Assembly (NCBI RefSeq): GCF_000497125.1
Contig: NC_090601.1
Location: forward strand, 372,001 to 436,000
Direction of reading: 5' to 3'
Origin: Spironucleus salmonicida
Lineage: Eukaryota
Length of the DNA: 64,000 bases
This document shows positions 11,576 through 24,600 of the stretch, one piece after another. Both the position numbers and the translations under genes were made by a program. The notes beneath the pieces are model-generated. The model had not been told where the DNA came from. It searched no databases and saw nothing but the letters and a program-made list of their open reading frames with translations. The number at the start of each line of letters is the position of its first letter. Position 1 is the stretch's first letter.

Positions 11576-12253
11576 TCACTTGCCCTGGATCACGTTGTTC
11601 AGCTAGTGAACAGCTGTCTGCACCGTCTGTATCTTCTGGTTCATTAGTTCTATCTGTTTGCCGACAGCTTCCGCCTCATCCAGTTTCGATAGCTTTTTGC
11701 ACACACCGATCTCTTGAAGCAGCGCGATCAGGTCACTGTTGCAGCTCTGAAGCAGGGTTTTGACATCCTAACAGCTGCTGTAAATCTTGCTATTCTGCAT
11801 TTCAATAAGTTTCTTCTGTAAGTAGAAGTTGTCAGACTTGAGCTGGCTGAGCCTGTCGTATTCCTGAAAGGTTTGCCCCCGTGCTGCTTCCAGCTTAAGC
11901 GCTATCTCCTTGAAGAGGTCAGTTTGGGTGTTCAGGTAGTCGAAGAAGGCCTTCTAGACCAGGAACGTAAGGTACTCCTCCTGCTAGTTCGGCGTCATCT
12001 TGGCGCCCTGGCGGTTCGACTGCATTGCAGCTATCTGGGCGATTGCCGACTGGTGCTTGGAGCGCGTGAAGCGCTACGTGCTCCCAGGCTGGGACTGCCG
12101 GAGCGCTAGCACCTGGGTGTGCGGGGTGTCGTATAGGTGCTTCTGCGTCTCGTTGATCCTGAGTCGGAGCGCATTCCTGGTCGTCAAGCTATGTCTGGGC
12201 GTCGGCTTGGTGGTCGCTGGGGCCAGCTACAGCGTCGGGAATTTCTGCGACAT
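11576..12253 (-). CDS. Hypothetical coiled-coil protein (copy 2)
   Basis: Mirror of 5438-6115. Confidence 0.75.
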
Positions 12254-12332
12254 TTAGGACTGGGGCGGCGGTAGGCACGAGTGGAGGGAGTATGCGGACC
12301 CAGGGCCGGAAAACGAAATGATAAATTCTCAC

Positions 12333-12602
12333 TCAACCGGATTTGAAGATGAGGAAGGCAAGCTGGCCTACATAGAAGTAGATGAAACGCTTGGTCTCGT
12401 GGGTGATGTAAGAGCCGAAGTTCTTGCCCACGATGACGTGCCAGGTGGGGTGGTGCTTCTTATCGAACTCCTTCTTGATGTATGCTGCGATATCCTTCTC
12501 GATGTTGAAACGCTCCATCGCTTGGACGGCAGCGTCGATGGCGTCCTGCTGCATTTCCTCGGGCATGTCGGCGTTTTTGACTGTGACTTGGCGGTCAGAC
12601 AT
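12333..12602 (-). CDS. LC8: Dynein light chain LC8 (copy 2)
   Basis: Identical protein to 5089-5358. Confidence 0.98.
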   Translation of the reverse strand: MSDRQVTVKNADMPEEMQQDAIDAAVQAMERFNIEKDIAAYIKKEFDKKHHPTWHVIVGKNFGSYITHETKRFIYFYVGQLAFLIFKSG

Positions 12603-12774
12603 TCTTGGAGATGCGGAAATTTCGGAAAGACGCGAAACGTCCGGGTGGTTTTCGATGGCGCGCGGGATATCATATAATACTGCGTTCCCCGCCGCGCGCC
12701 AAAGATAAACTGTCCGGGTCTATTTCGGGGATATGGCCAACGCGGAACGCCACCAGCAGCTGGCGATTGGCCCA

Positions 12775-13020
12775 TCACTGGGTTACCCGAGTGCGCGCTT
12801 TCGTCTGGGCGTCGCCGTACCTTCCCTCCGTCCCCGTGAGGAACGTCCGCAAGTCGCGAAGGGTCGGCTTGCGGGGGACCAGCGTCGGCATGCCCACTTG
12901 GCGGCGGTGGTCGGCGCTCTCGAGGTGCTTCAGGAAAGACACCTGATCTGTGAACTGGGCTTCGCAGACGTTGCAGCGCACGGACTGCTTGAAAGCCGCG
13001 ACCGAGTCCGAGAGGCTCAT
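12775..13020 (-). CDS. ZMAT2: Snu23/ZMAT2-like zinc-finger protein (copy 2)
   Basis: Identical protein to 4671-4916. Confidence 0.65.
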   Translation of the reverse strand: MSLSDSVAAFKQSVRCNVCEAQFTDQVSFLKHLESADHRRQVGMPTLVPRKPTLRDLRTFLTGTEGRYGDAQTKARTRVTQ

Positions 13021-13042
13021 TCTGGCAGTGCAGTCGAATTCG

Positions 13043-13998
13043 TCACATCATCCCGATCGCCAGGTTCATCCGCCGCCTCATCCCGCCGCTGAGCTGGCCG
13101 ACCCGGCAGGACAGCTTCTCCCCCAGGCCCAGGCACTCGCCAATCCGGGACGCCTCGTGGGGGTCCACGCCCTTGATCCGCGCGAAGAACTCCAGATGTT
13201 GCAGAACCGTGAGACTCGGCAGGTACACGTCGTCCTGGAGGCACAGCCCCATAGCTTGCGCGGCGTGTGCGATGGGGACTAGGCCCACGCTCACGGCCCC
13301 CTGACTGGGCCTCGAGATGCCCGCCATCATCTCCACCAGAGTGGACTTCCCCGCCCCGCTGGAGCCGAGGAGGCCGAAGATCTCGTTGCAAGCGGACAGC
13401 GTTACGTCCCGTACTGCTATCTGGGGGCCGTAGTGCTTCTGCACGTTCACGGCCGTGATTGCCTATACAGGGCAGCCGCCGGCGACGCGCTCCCGCTCCA
13501 GCTGCACGTCGCAATCCATGTCGTCGTTCCGGACTGCCCTGTCGTGGGCGGACTGCGTTAGGGCGTCGGCGACTCGTCCCGGCAGGCCCAGCACGGGAAT
13601 CTGAGAAGCAACTGGTCGGACGCAGTTGCCGCTCTCATACATCTAGGCCGCCCGGCTCTAGTAACTCAGGTATCCTGCCAGGTGCATAAGGACGGTGGCT
13701 ACGAGAATACAGGCGCTCTCGACCAGGCATCCCACGATCAGGCGGACCTCTACGGACCCGATCTTCCCACTGCTCCCTGCCAGCAGAAACAGCGAATTTA
13801 GCGCTAGCTACGGTGTGAGGAACTCCCAGGCGCGCAGCCTGTAGTTCTCATAGTGCCCGAACGCCAGAGAGGCAAGGGCCTGCACAAGAACAAGGACGAA
13901 GCCAAACAGCAAACCCACTGAGGCGTTGCGGAACACCGAGAGCAGCGCGGCGCATGCCACCTGGCAGAGCACACTGGTGGCCAGCAGAAGTACCGCGA
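13043..13998 (-). pseudogene. 5'-truncated ABCA fragment (last TM helices plus partial NBD2)
   Basis: Mirror of 3693-4648; no in-frame ATG found in ~340 nt upstream of the junction. Confidence 0.85.
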
Positions 13999-14392
13999 GC
14001 TGGAATGCTGCCACATATACCACGAGAGATGTGATGACCTTGTTAATTACATGGTTGGTTTTTCTGTGAAATATAAATTTTATAGAATCTTTATAGCTTA
14101 AAACTATTGGATATGCTAATATTTTAAATACCTATTCACAATTTATTTTACATATTAATTCTGCTTTACTAGTTTATAAAATAAATATTTTAACAAATTT
14201 AATAATTTGCGTTGATAATAAATATTTATTAGTAAAACTTAATAAGTAAAATTATAATATATATTTAAATTAGTAGCGATACTAGAATAAATTGATCGTA
14301 AGTAATTAGCTTTAAATTTGTTTCAAAATGCTTATTTGGAAAAATTATTACAAAATATATTATAATCAATAAATTTTAAATAAAAGTTAATA

Positions 14393-14761
14393 ATGTCGCT
14401 AGTTATTTTTGCTACAAAGACGTTTATTTCAATTTCAGCAATATTTCAGTCAATTAAAGCATTATAAAATCATAATACAGAAGAGATGGTAGCATTTTGG
14501 TTAGTATTTGGAATGTTTACTGTTTTTGAGGGATTTTATCTACAAGCACTTGTACCTTTATATGATTATATTAAGCTACTATTCTTATGTTGGTTGTTGT
14601 TTTCAGGTGGTAAAGGTGTATTTTTGTAAAAAGTTTTAGTCCCTCACCTAACAAAAATAGAATAAGCTATTGAGGATTCAGACGCTAGGAATGCAATATA
14701 AAACAGACTAAAAATATTTACTATAGCTGTTATTAAAAAAATTAAATTTCTTATTGAGTGA
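14393..14761 (+). CDS. TB2/DP1/HVA22 (REEP/Yop1) family ER-shaping protein (122 aa)
   Basis: SIKALQ...MVAFWLVFGMFTVFE...VPLYDYIKLLFLCWL...G...LQKVLVP pattern. Confidence 0.85.
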
Positions 14762-14899
14762 TAAAATTGGTTTTATTCTGATTGTTTACTTATGTATTGA
14801 AATAATGTTGATTTGTTAACAATTTACAAGATCAAAGATTTATAACTATTAAGTATATAAAACAATAATAAGAGTATACTATAATTTGCTTAATTCTTA

Positions 14900-15373
14900 T
14901 CATTCATTAACTTTCGCCTTAATTCTTCTTAAAACATTTGCTAAATCTGCCTAGTTAGGATTTTTCTGCTCTGCAAATAGTCCATTTGTACATTCTTCTA
15001 ATTAGTTCATTAAAGCTTGGATTTCACATTCTTTTTCACGTTAAATATATTTAATTTCTCCTGTTTTACTAGTAACTATATCTTATAACTCATCTATCTA
15101 AGCATTAAGTTCAGAAATAGTTACTTTCTATTATAATACCATATGCTCTAATTTTTACTAAAGTTATGTAATATTGTTATTTAACTAAGCATTATCTGTG
15201 TCCAATGTACTTACACGATTCTATGCGAATTTGTTAAATTATTCTAGTGGCTATTCTTCCAGTATAAGTGTAGGGATATTCGGGAAGTATTAATTATTCA
15301 TAGTATCTCTAGTTGATGCTTAAATTTCCATTGTGGTAATAGAAGCCTAAAGGGATTCATAGGTATTGCGCAT
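14900..15373 (-). CDS. Hypothetical coiled-coil protein (157 aa)
   Basis: MRNTYESLQASITTMEIQ...RRIKAKVNE*, open in code 6, heptad-rich. Confidence 0.7.
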
Positions 15374-15434
15374 TTGCACTAGAATGTATGATACATTATT
15401 ATAATATATTTTTAATATTAATTAAAACAGTAAA

Positions 15435-15581
15435 ATGAAAAATAAATCATATATTCCGAAATAGCTCGGGTAGATTAATGATATTGATAAAGAGATTAAC
15501 TTAAGATTAAAATAACTAGAAAAGGACACAATTGATCTTAATGGAATCAAATATAAATTAGAAGACTTAAAAAACAAATGA
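15435..15581 (+). CDS. Small coiled-coil ORF (48 aa)
   Basis: MKNKSYIPKQLGQINDIDKEINLRLKQLEKDTIDLNGIKYKLEDLKNK*, stop overlaps AGTAAAT. Confidence 0.5.
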
Positions 15582-15694
15582 GTAAATTTTATATAATATG
15601 ATATGTTTATTCATAAAGTTATATTTAAACATATAAATATTCCTTATATATTATTACTAGGGAGATAGATAAAATTTCCCATTCCGCAAAATTG

Positions 15695-18600
15695 ATGGAA
15701 TAGCTCTATATGTTTATTTCAAAATCTGTGGCAACTATATCTGGTTAAGAATTACCAGAATAGTAACCATAGGATACTACAGTTGCACTGTAGAGATTTG
15801 TTACACCAATTGAACCATAGAACCATGTTCTTTTAGTTTATTTTGAATCAGATAAACTTTTTATCGAGAATTCCCTCTCACGTACAGGAGTGGACCATGT
15901 TTTTTATTTATTAAGGAAAAACACATTTGATATCGAAAATTTGATGTAAACTACCTAAGCTGGTCTAGTATCTGGCTAGGTTGTAGATTAACTTCTCCTT
16001 GTTATGAACTAAGTATACGGACCTTGGATCAAACTTTCAAATGATTGGCCAAAGACAGTCAAAGAGGAATTTGTTAATCATTTAGAGCGTTATTTATCTT
16101 CAGTTACTGAAGCTGCTTTCTTACTGAAAAAGCGAACTGTACTTTATGTCCCATATTTTGATCAGGATCCATAAGAATAGTCTCGAAACAAAGATTTAAT
16201 TCCGCGCTTAGAGTCACTAGTCGTTCATTGGACACGCTAGATTAAAGAGCTTATTTCTGGGGTTCATTCTGGAACTAACGCAGAAGAATCAAATGCAACA
16301 TCAACACTTCATAATAATTATTATACCTTCCCTCTTCTTTTAAATCCTCTTACTGAGATAGAATATTGGCGTAGAAGAAATTCAGATTTATAGTCTGTTA
16401 TATCGTAATTACAAACAAAGTCTCTTTAAAATATCGTATAAACATTGAAATTGGCCAATTCACATTATGCAGGTCAATTTTAAGAACTTTAGAATTAAAT
16501 TTAGTAAAAAACTATTGAGGCTAACAACAATCTAACAAATCTTTAACTAATTGAAGAGTCTTGTGTTAAATTAAACAGTTCGAACCTCCCTTCTGAAATT
16601 ACAGAAATTCTACCAACATTACTTGAATAAGTAGTCATAATTAGTTAAAATAGTGTTTATTACGCTAAAGAAAGTAATTTATCCAGCTTACTTAGAAGAG
16701 TGGCGAATGCTGTTGTTAACGCATCTGCTGATTATATTTAAGTTTCTGACGTTTTTGAAAATGATGCTTTGAATTCAGTTCATAGGTTGTTAGAGTGTAG
16801 ATAGCTAACGAATCAATTTAATAATTTATATGCTGAATTGTGTAGCAGAGATGCAAGTTCATGGAAATATGATAGTAGCGTTGTTGCAAGTTGTGAAGCT
16901 TTTGGTTAAAGGTGTGTAGACTTACTTGAAGTTTGTTAGGATAGACTTTAGTTCGTAAGACCTTAAGCTTTGTTAACTAGTAATGTTGGCATTATTAAGA
17001 GAATTAAAGTCGAGATGAATCAAGAGAATTAACAAAAAAATAATGCACTAGTTAAGATTTTGGCAAATATTGGTAAAGTTATTGGTGAAGCAGAAGAAAA
17101 AAGTTAAAGTAATATTTAGGAATATGAGAGTGGAGATTATCTATTACCTAAGTTTAGTGGCAGTTAAGGTCAAATTATTAGAAAGTCTATTAAAGAGATG
17201 ATGAGAACATACAATAAGTCACTGAAAACTCTTTAAACTGTTAAATACAATCATTTAGACGTGAAATCTAGCCAATGGCACGAAGATATTGCCGCTTATA
17301 GAAGTGGTGTGAAAGACTTAACTGTTTTTGCGGAAAATATAATGAGAACAAGTTTCAGTTAAGCACAACACTCTGTTATTGATTCTTGTAGTGTTTTAGA
17401 AGCTTTTAATCATTTAGCCTCTCGTCCTGCATTTAAAAATTCAGTGAATAAAAGAATTTTGGATACCGTCCGTCTTTTCATTGACAGAGTTAATTAATTA
17501 AAATCTCAATTCGAAACTTTACGCTCTAGTACTGCTTAAAATACTCAATAGGGAGCTTAAACAACAACAATTTAATTAAATGCAATTTTATCGCATTAGA
17601 TTTATATGCCTTCTAAAGGTTCCTATGCTTTGTCAATTAAGAGATTTTTGAGTTAATTAGAATCGGATTGGGATGCAATTACTGCATCATTTTGGTTACC
17701 TGCGGGAACAAAGTAAGCCGCTTTAGATTATTTAGCTAATGAGGTTAAAACAGGTGTTACAAAATCAAAGGATACAACTCAATCTCGTGATACTTAAGAT
17801 GCAATAGAGGCTTATGCTAGAGCTAGATATTTGTTTGAAAATTAAGTAACATTAACTTATTAATAATGGGTCAAATCTTTAACCACTGATTTACCTGAAG
17901 TTGATGGTAAAAAGAGAACTTTAGATTCTTTATTAGAAGATTCTATTATTTAATTAGTTCCTACGAACAAATTCGGTATTGATAACAAATCAACAGATTT
18001 AAATTTGACATTGTTATTAAATGTTTTAAAAGTTCATTTTCCTCCTGAAATCGACTAGGCTATTAAAGAGTTTGCTTTTTGGAAATAAATGAGTTATACA
18101 GTTAATGATACCGTATAAGATCTATTCAATAAAAGAAATGTTTTACACCAACGTAAATAGCTTGTTAGTTAATGTGTTATGGAAATTAATAATGTTATTG
18201 AGAATCTTAAATTTGAAGAAATCAATCTATTTAAGTCTAGATTATCAAACTTAGCTAATTCTATATAACCTGCCTATACCACGTTTGGATGGAATACAAG
18301 AGGAATTTTATAACATATTTCCTCTTATAGAAGATAAGCAGTTGAAACATATGAACTCACATGTATTTTCCACGAAAAATCGAAGCTAATTGACGATTCT
18401 ATTAAATAGCTGTCATAAATTAATCTTGTATAGTTAAAGAATTCTTAAAAATAATTTACTCCTTCTGAGTTTAAGAACCTGTAAATATAGCAGATCAAGA
18501 CCTCTGTTGAGAAAATTCATTGTACTCTTGAAAATACACTTAATGCACTTTGTGCCTGTTATGAAATCTTCAGGTCAGATGGTGAAGATGTATAAAGAGA

Positions 18601-21600
18601 ATGGATTAATTATATTTCCGAGGTTGATAAAAGAGTGGAATAAGCACTTATTTAAATGCTGATATAGAGTTTTGAAGATTTTGCATTTTAGTCTACAGGA
18701 CGGCGTTCAAAACCGTCAGATCAATAATAATTTAACACATATAAGCCTGATGTACAAAGTCTATTTAAGTTAAGTTTAGAATTAAACAAAGAGACGTAAA
18801 AACCTGCGTTGAAGCCAAATAGCTCTGATTTATATAGCTCTGTTAGGGAAGTGCTTCAAAATATTGTTGTCAAAGTTATTACTGATATTTAAAGATTGCC
18901 ACAAAGTCTTAAAATCAAGGAAATTGCTCTTAGAAAAATTAAGAGATAGGAAGCGTTGGAAAAAGCTACATCTCGTATTGAACAGAGAAAACGTGAAGGG
19001 TTACCAACAACCGATAACGACTTAGCTGAAATCATGTAAGAAGTCACAGGGTGGGACTGCCTCCCAGATCCTAACTACAGTGTTAAGGAGGACTATATCA
19101 ATATTTTCGACTTCTTAACTCCTTATTTCACAGAAGATAAGTCAAAAATGCTATTTTAAAGGCTCAAATCAGGTACAAATCCCAAAGAGCAACTGGAATC
19201 AGTCGTCGGATGGATTCTTGTATATTTTGCATAATCTGGAATTGAAGCCGAAAGATGGTTAAATAATTACGTCAAATACCAAGATTTATGGTAAGAAGAT
19301 GTTCAAAAGTACCACTTAAAACACAACTTGCTCAATAAACCGCTTTAAGAATTCGATGAATCCATTAAGTACTTTGATAATTTAGCATCTTAAGTTTAAA
19401 ATGAAGATAACTATGTTTCTGTTAAAGCAATTTTCTTGGATGCAAATTCTTTCAAATTGGACCTCATTAAAAAAGCTCACGAATTCCATAATACTTTAGT
19501 AAAAGTCCTACAAGATAACACGCTAGCAGATCTTGACATGATCGTAAACGATCTTTAGGACATCTGTGATTCAGTTTCAAAGGCATCATAGTCTATCGAT
19601 GATCTATAAAATCAAATAAAGAAGCTTGAAGAAGCTAAAAAATACTTGGAGGCAATTGACGAGAAAGTATAACCCATGGGTAAGAAACTCGAACTTTTGG
19701 CGTAGTTGGAGGCTGAAATTCCGGCAGAAAAAGTGTAATCTGCAAACAAGTTAATGGATTAAATTGAGGCAGCAAAGCGCTCAATTGAAGAGGGAATTCA
19801 ACAGATTAGTAGAGACAAGAACAAGTTTAGGGACCAAACTCAATAAGATTCTGCGAAATTGTCATCTGATTCATCTGAATTGCGCAAGGAGTTGATGGCT
19901 GACGGCCCATTTAGGCACAATGTGGTATAGAAAGACCATACATTGCCTGTAGGTGAAAATGATATTATTCAGGCAACCCGATTATTGAATAAGTTCAAGA
20001 ACAAATATGATGATTTACTCTCCTAAAAAGATACTGTAGACCACGGCTTGAGTGTTTTTGGTAATGAATTTAGGGATATGAAGGATATTAATGCCATAAA
20101 TGTAACAATCACGTAGCTTCGATAGGTTTGGGATATATAATAAGAGTGGTTTAACTTTTACGAAAAATAGAAGCAATTGTAGCTAAATGACGTGGAGTCA
20201 TAAGTTCTAGAAGATCAACATAAGAAATTGAATTTCTCGACTCGAAAATTCAATAATGAGATGAAATAATGGGAAGTTTGTGATTATATGGTCAAGAAAG
20301 CCTCTGAATTTAGACCTATTCCAGCTATTGTGCTGGACTTAACGAATAAAGCTTTGAGAGGTCGTCATTGGGCTTAAATTACAGCTGTAACTTCTGTGGA
20401 GTTGGAATTACCTATGATTGAGGATATTCCATAAGGAACAATACCGTTAGATCCTAATAGTAATTTATTCACCTTAGAGTTCATTGTTAATAGCAAATTG
20501 AAAGAATATCCAGAAGAAATTAACTAAATTTCAGGTGGAGCTACATAAGAATTGAAAATCGAATAAGGTATTAACGAAATTATTAATGATTGGAAGTATA
20601 TCGAATTTTTCGTAGCACCATATGCTAGTAAAATGATAGGTGGATCATCTGGTGCAGCATAGCATTAACATTATATAATCAAGTAAACAGATGATATATT
20701 CACCAAATTAGAAGAACATACTTCATTGCTGTCTTCAATGAAAGGATAGAAGTTTGCAAAGGCGTTTGAATATCAACTTGATTGTTGGGAAAATATGTTA
20801 GGATAGATTTAAGAATCTATTGAATTAATTATATAAACATAACGCTCATGGATGTATTTGGAAAGTATTTTTGCTGCATCTGAAGATATTAGAAAGTAAC
20901 TTCCCGCAGAATCTTTAATGTTTGATGAAGCAAATGAGCTTTGGAAGAGATCAATGACTAGGATTAACAAATAAAAATAGGTTCTATTATGCTTAGATTC
21001 TGTTGAAGTAAACTCTTCTAAGATTCAGCTTAAAAAATAATCTTAGATTATTAAGCATATGCTAGAAATTATTGAGACATTAGACTAAGTGCAGAAGCGT
21101 TTAGAAGATTATTTAGAGCTAAAGAGATCTTAATTTCCTAGATTTTATTTCCTTTCCAATGACGAATTATTAGAAATCTTAGCTTAATCACGTGACCCTA
21201 GAGCGGTTTAACCTCATATTAAGAAATGTTTCGACGGTATCAAAAAGCTTGATATGTCTGAAGGAAAATCTCCTGTTATAGCCTCAGGCTTGTTTGGCCT
21301 TTGTGGAGAATATGTACCATTTATTAAATCAGTTAACTGCTCTAATTCAGTTGAAGTATGGTTAAATGCTATTGAAGAAACAATGAGATCTACTCTGCGT
21401 GAAATGGCTCCTAAGTGCTTTTCTGATCTAATGTAAGATAAGTTACCTCTCCAATTTTTCTTAGGTAAGTGGCCTGGCCAGTTGACTACGTCTGCTGGTT
21501 AGATGAAATGGACTCTTACAGTATAGACAGCTCTCCAATCTGGGCAAAAATATCTTAATCAGGAGTAGAACGAAGATGATGAGCCTATTGAGAATGGTGA

Positions 21601-24600
21601 AAGGCCTGGCATGAAAGAGTGTTTAGAAACTGTCAGAAGAAATTTAAAGAATGCAAGAAAGCTTTCGATATTATTCTTAAACAAGCTTACAGAAATTGTT
21701 AGATCAACACCGACAGAAATTTCCGAAAAAGTTCCATCCCAAATACCTGCAATTTTCAAACCAAACTATATGCATAATTTAGTCACTAACAAAACTAGAG
21801 CCCATATTACTCTTGAAGTACACAACCGTGATATTATTGAAGAACTTTATCATGCTAAAATTTGGAATGATAAATGTTTCGAATGGTTAAGTCAATTGAA
21901 ATTCTATTTGATTACTGATAAGAAAAAAGATGATAAAGCAGAAGAACCATATATTTTATGTAGATAAACTAGTACAGAACTTAAATATTAGTATGAATAT
22001 ATCAACAATAGCGGTAGACTTGTTGTTACACCACTTACTGATAGATGCTACATTACTATTACATCCTCAATGGAGATATAGAAAGGAACATTGCCCTAAG
22101 GTCCAGCTGGTACAGGTAAAACAGAGACAGTTAAAGATCTTACTAAGGGTTTAGGTATATTATGTGTCGTATTTAATTGTTCTGATGGTTTAGACTTTAA
22201 ATCTCTTGGAAGATTATTATCAGGATTATGTTAATCTGGTGCTTGGTCATGCTTCGACGAATTCAATCGTCTTTTACCTGATGTTTTATCAGTCGTTGCT
22301 TAGTAGATTAACTCTATTTTATAAGCGGTTTCTAGAGACGTATCAAAGTTCATGTTTGAAGGCCGTGAAATTCCTTTAAATAATAATATTAATGTATGTA
22401 TCACTATGAATCCAGGCTACGCTGGCCGCTCTGAATTACCTGAAAATTTATAGTAACTTTTTAGACCTATTTCTATGGTTGTACCTGATATGAGATTAAT
22501 TTCAGAGGTCATGATTTATTCTGAAGGCTTTACTACAGCTCGTATATTAGGGTAGAAACTAACCTCTTTATTTGCTCTTTGTAATCTTTAACTTTCTAAG
22601 CAGTCTCATTATGATTGGACACTGCGTTCACTGAAAGCTATCTTAGTTGCTGCTGGCTCATTAAGAAGATCATATCCTCTTTATTCTGAAGATGTAGTAC
22701 TCATGCGTGCTATGCAATTCTCAACTGAGCCCAAGCTTATTAAAGCTGATTAACCTTTATTCAGAGGTTTAGTCAGTGATTTGTTCCCAGGTTTAGAGCT
22801 CTCTGAAGTATCATATGGTTTACTAGATGCTGCCATTGATATGGAATTCCATATTCGAAATTTATTTTTCAATTCTAGATAGAAAGAAAAAGTATTGTAA
22901 CTTTATGAAGCTAAATCTGGACGTCATGGTGTAATGCTTATAGGAAAATCGGGCGGTTCTAAAACTTTAGTGTATGAAATTTTAGCTGCTGCTGAAATAA
23001 GATGTTATAGAGCTTATGTTGAATCATGTGATTCTAAGAGTGCATTTAAAAATCCGTATAGTTTACTCATTAAGCATGCTATAGAGGCTAATAATTTAAA
23101 GAACATTGACATTTTCTTAAAAGTTGTTTATAATGATCATTTAGGTAATGATAAAGTTCTTTCGGAACGTAACTTTTTCATCAAAACGTTATATTGGTTC
23201 AGAGATAACTCCAAGATTGAAGACCATGGTAATAATAAAAAGGTAACGTTAGTTACTGCAAATAATAATCCCGAACCTATTTATGACTAAACTAAGGCAA
23301 CTATGCATGATGTTTAATATCCTACTACAATTTCATATATTAATCCCAAGTCTTTAGACTTGAATTAATTATATGGTGCCATGGATCTATCAACAATGGA
23401 ATGGGTAGATGGTGTCGTATCTAATATTTTACGTTCAACTTCACAAGAATCTTAAAATGGGCAAGCATTTGGGGCTTACACAGTAGAATAGTTATAATAA
23501 ATTGCAAAAGATACTAAAGATTTCAGATATGACTTTATCTAAAATTTAGTCAGATTTAAATGTTACTGGGTCATGTATGATGGTCCTGTCGATACTTTGT
23601 GGATTGAGTCTTAGAATTCTGTGCTCGATGATTCCAAGGTTTTGACATTGGTAAATGGGGAGCGTATCGCTTTTCCTAGTTAAATTTCCATGTTATTTGA
23701 AGCTAACGATCTTGATGTAGCTTCACCAGCTACTGTTTCACGCTGTGGTTAATGCTATTTCGATTTGAATGATGTTAATTGGGAATGGTAATATTGGCAA
23801 TGGGTTGAGGCGAAATATAAAAATAGTGGTTCGGTCCAAAATTTAACAAACGAAGCAAAGTAAATTGTTGTTGAAGTTTTAGAAAGCTTTGCTGCCAAGG
23901 TCCTCAGAAAATTGTTCTTATTAAAGACCAACGATGAATTGCCTTAAATTATTCCTCAGGCAGATTATGCTATTGTTCGCATGTTCATTCATTTATTTGA
24001 GGCATTCTGTGCTGATTACAATGGTTTAGAAATTATTCAGGGTGAAGAAGCGTAAGTTAATCGTGTATTAGAAATGATCATCATATTTAGCGTAGTCTGG
24101 GCATTTGGTGGTTCTTTAACACCATAAGGTAGAAAGAATTTCGATATCGCTGTTAGAGAGCTTGATGGCAGTTTACCGGCCACTGATTCTGTATTTGAGT
24201 ATCGTGTTGATTTCGGAAAGAAATAATGGATCCACTGGAATGATTCTGTTCCTAAAAACTGGAGGCCTGCTCCTGGTATACCAATTTATGCAGCAATTGT
24301 TCCAACGGTTGATACTGTTAGGACGGAGTATATAATGAAGACGCTATTATTGTAAGAAAATCTTTATTATCTTCAGAAGAAACATTATATTACATTGGCT
24401 GGAACTAATGAATATACTACCAACTTTGGTACTTTATTATTTGGTACATCGGGTACTGGTAAAACCGGTATTATTAAGAATATTATTATCCCCGCATTTG
24501 ATTAAGCAAATATTTTAAACTCTGCTTATGAGATATTCAATAACAAGGCTTTAGCATCGGATAGTGCTTCAGATATTGAGAAGTTTTATGTGAAAGGATT

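Larger units (their letters stand above)
10099..13998. repeat. Inverted repeat 1, right arm
   Basis: Reverse complement of 3693-7592. Confidence 0.97.

Noticed and set aside
3693-13998. Inverted repeats as transposon terminal repeats or a Polinton-like element
   Set aside because: Arms consist of host genes; no transposase, integrase or polymerase seen; no target-site duplication noticed; IR1 and IR2 share no sequence I could see.
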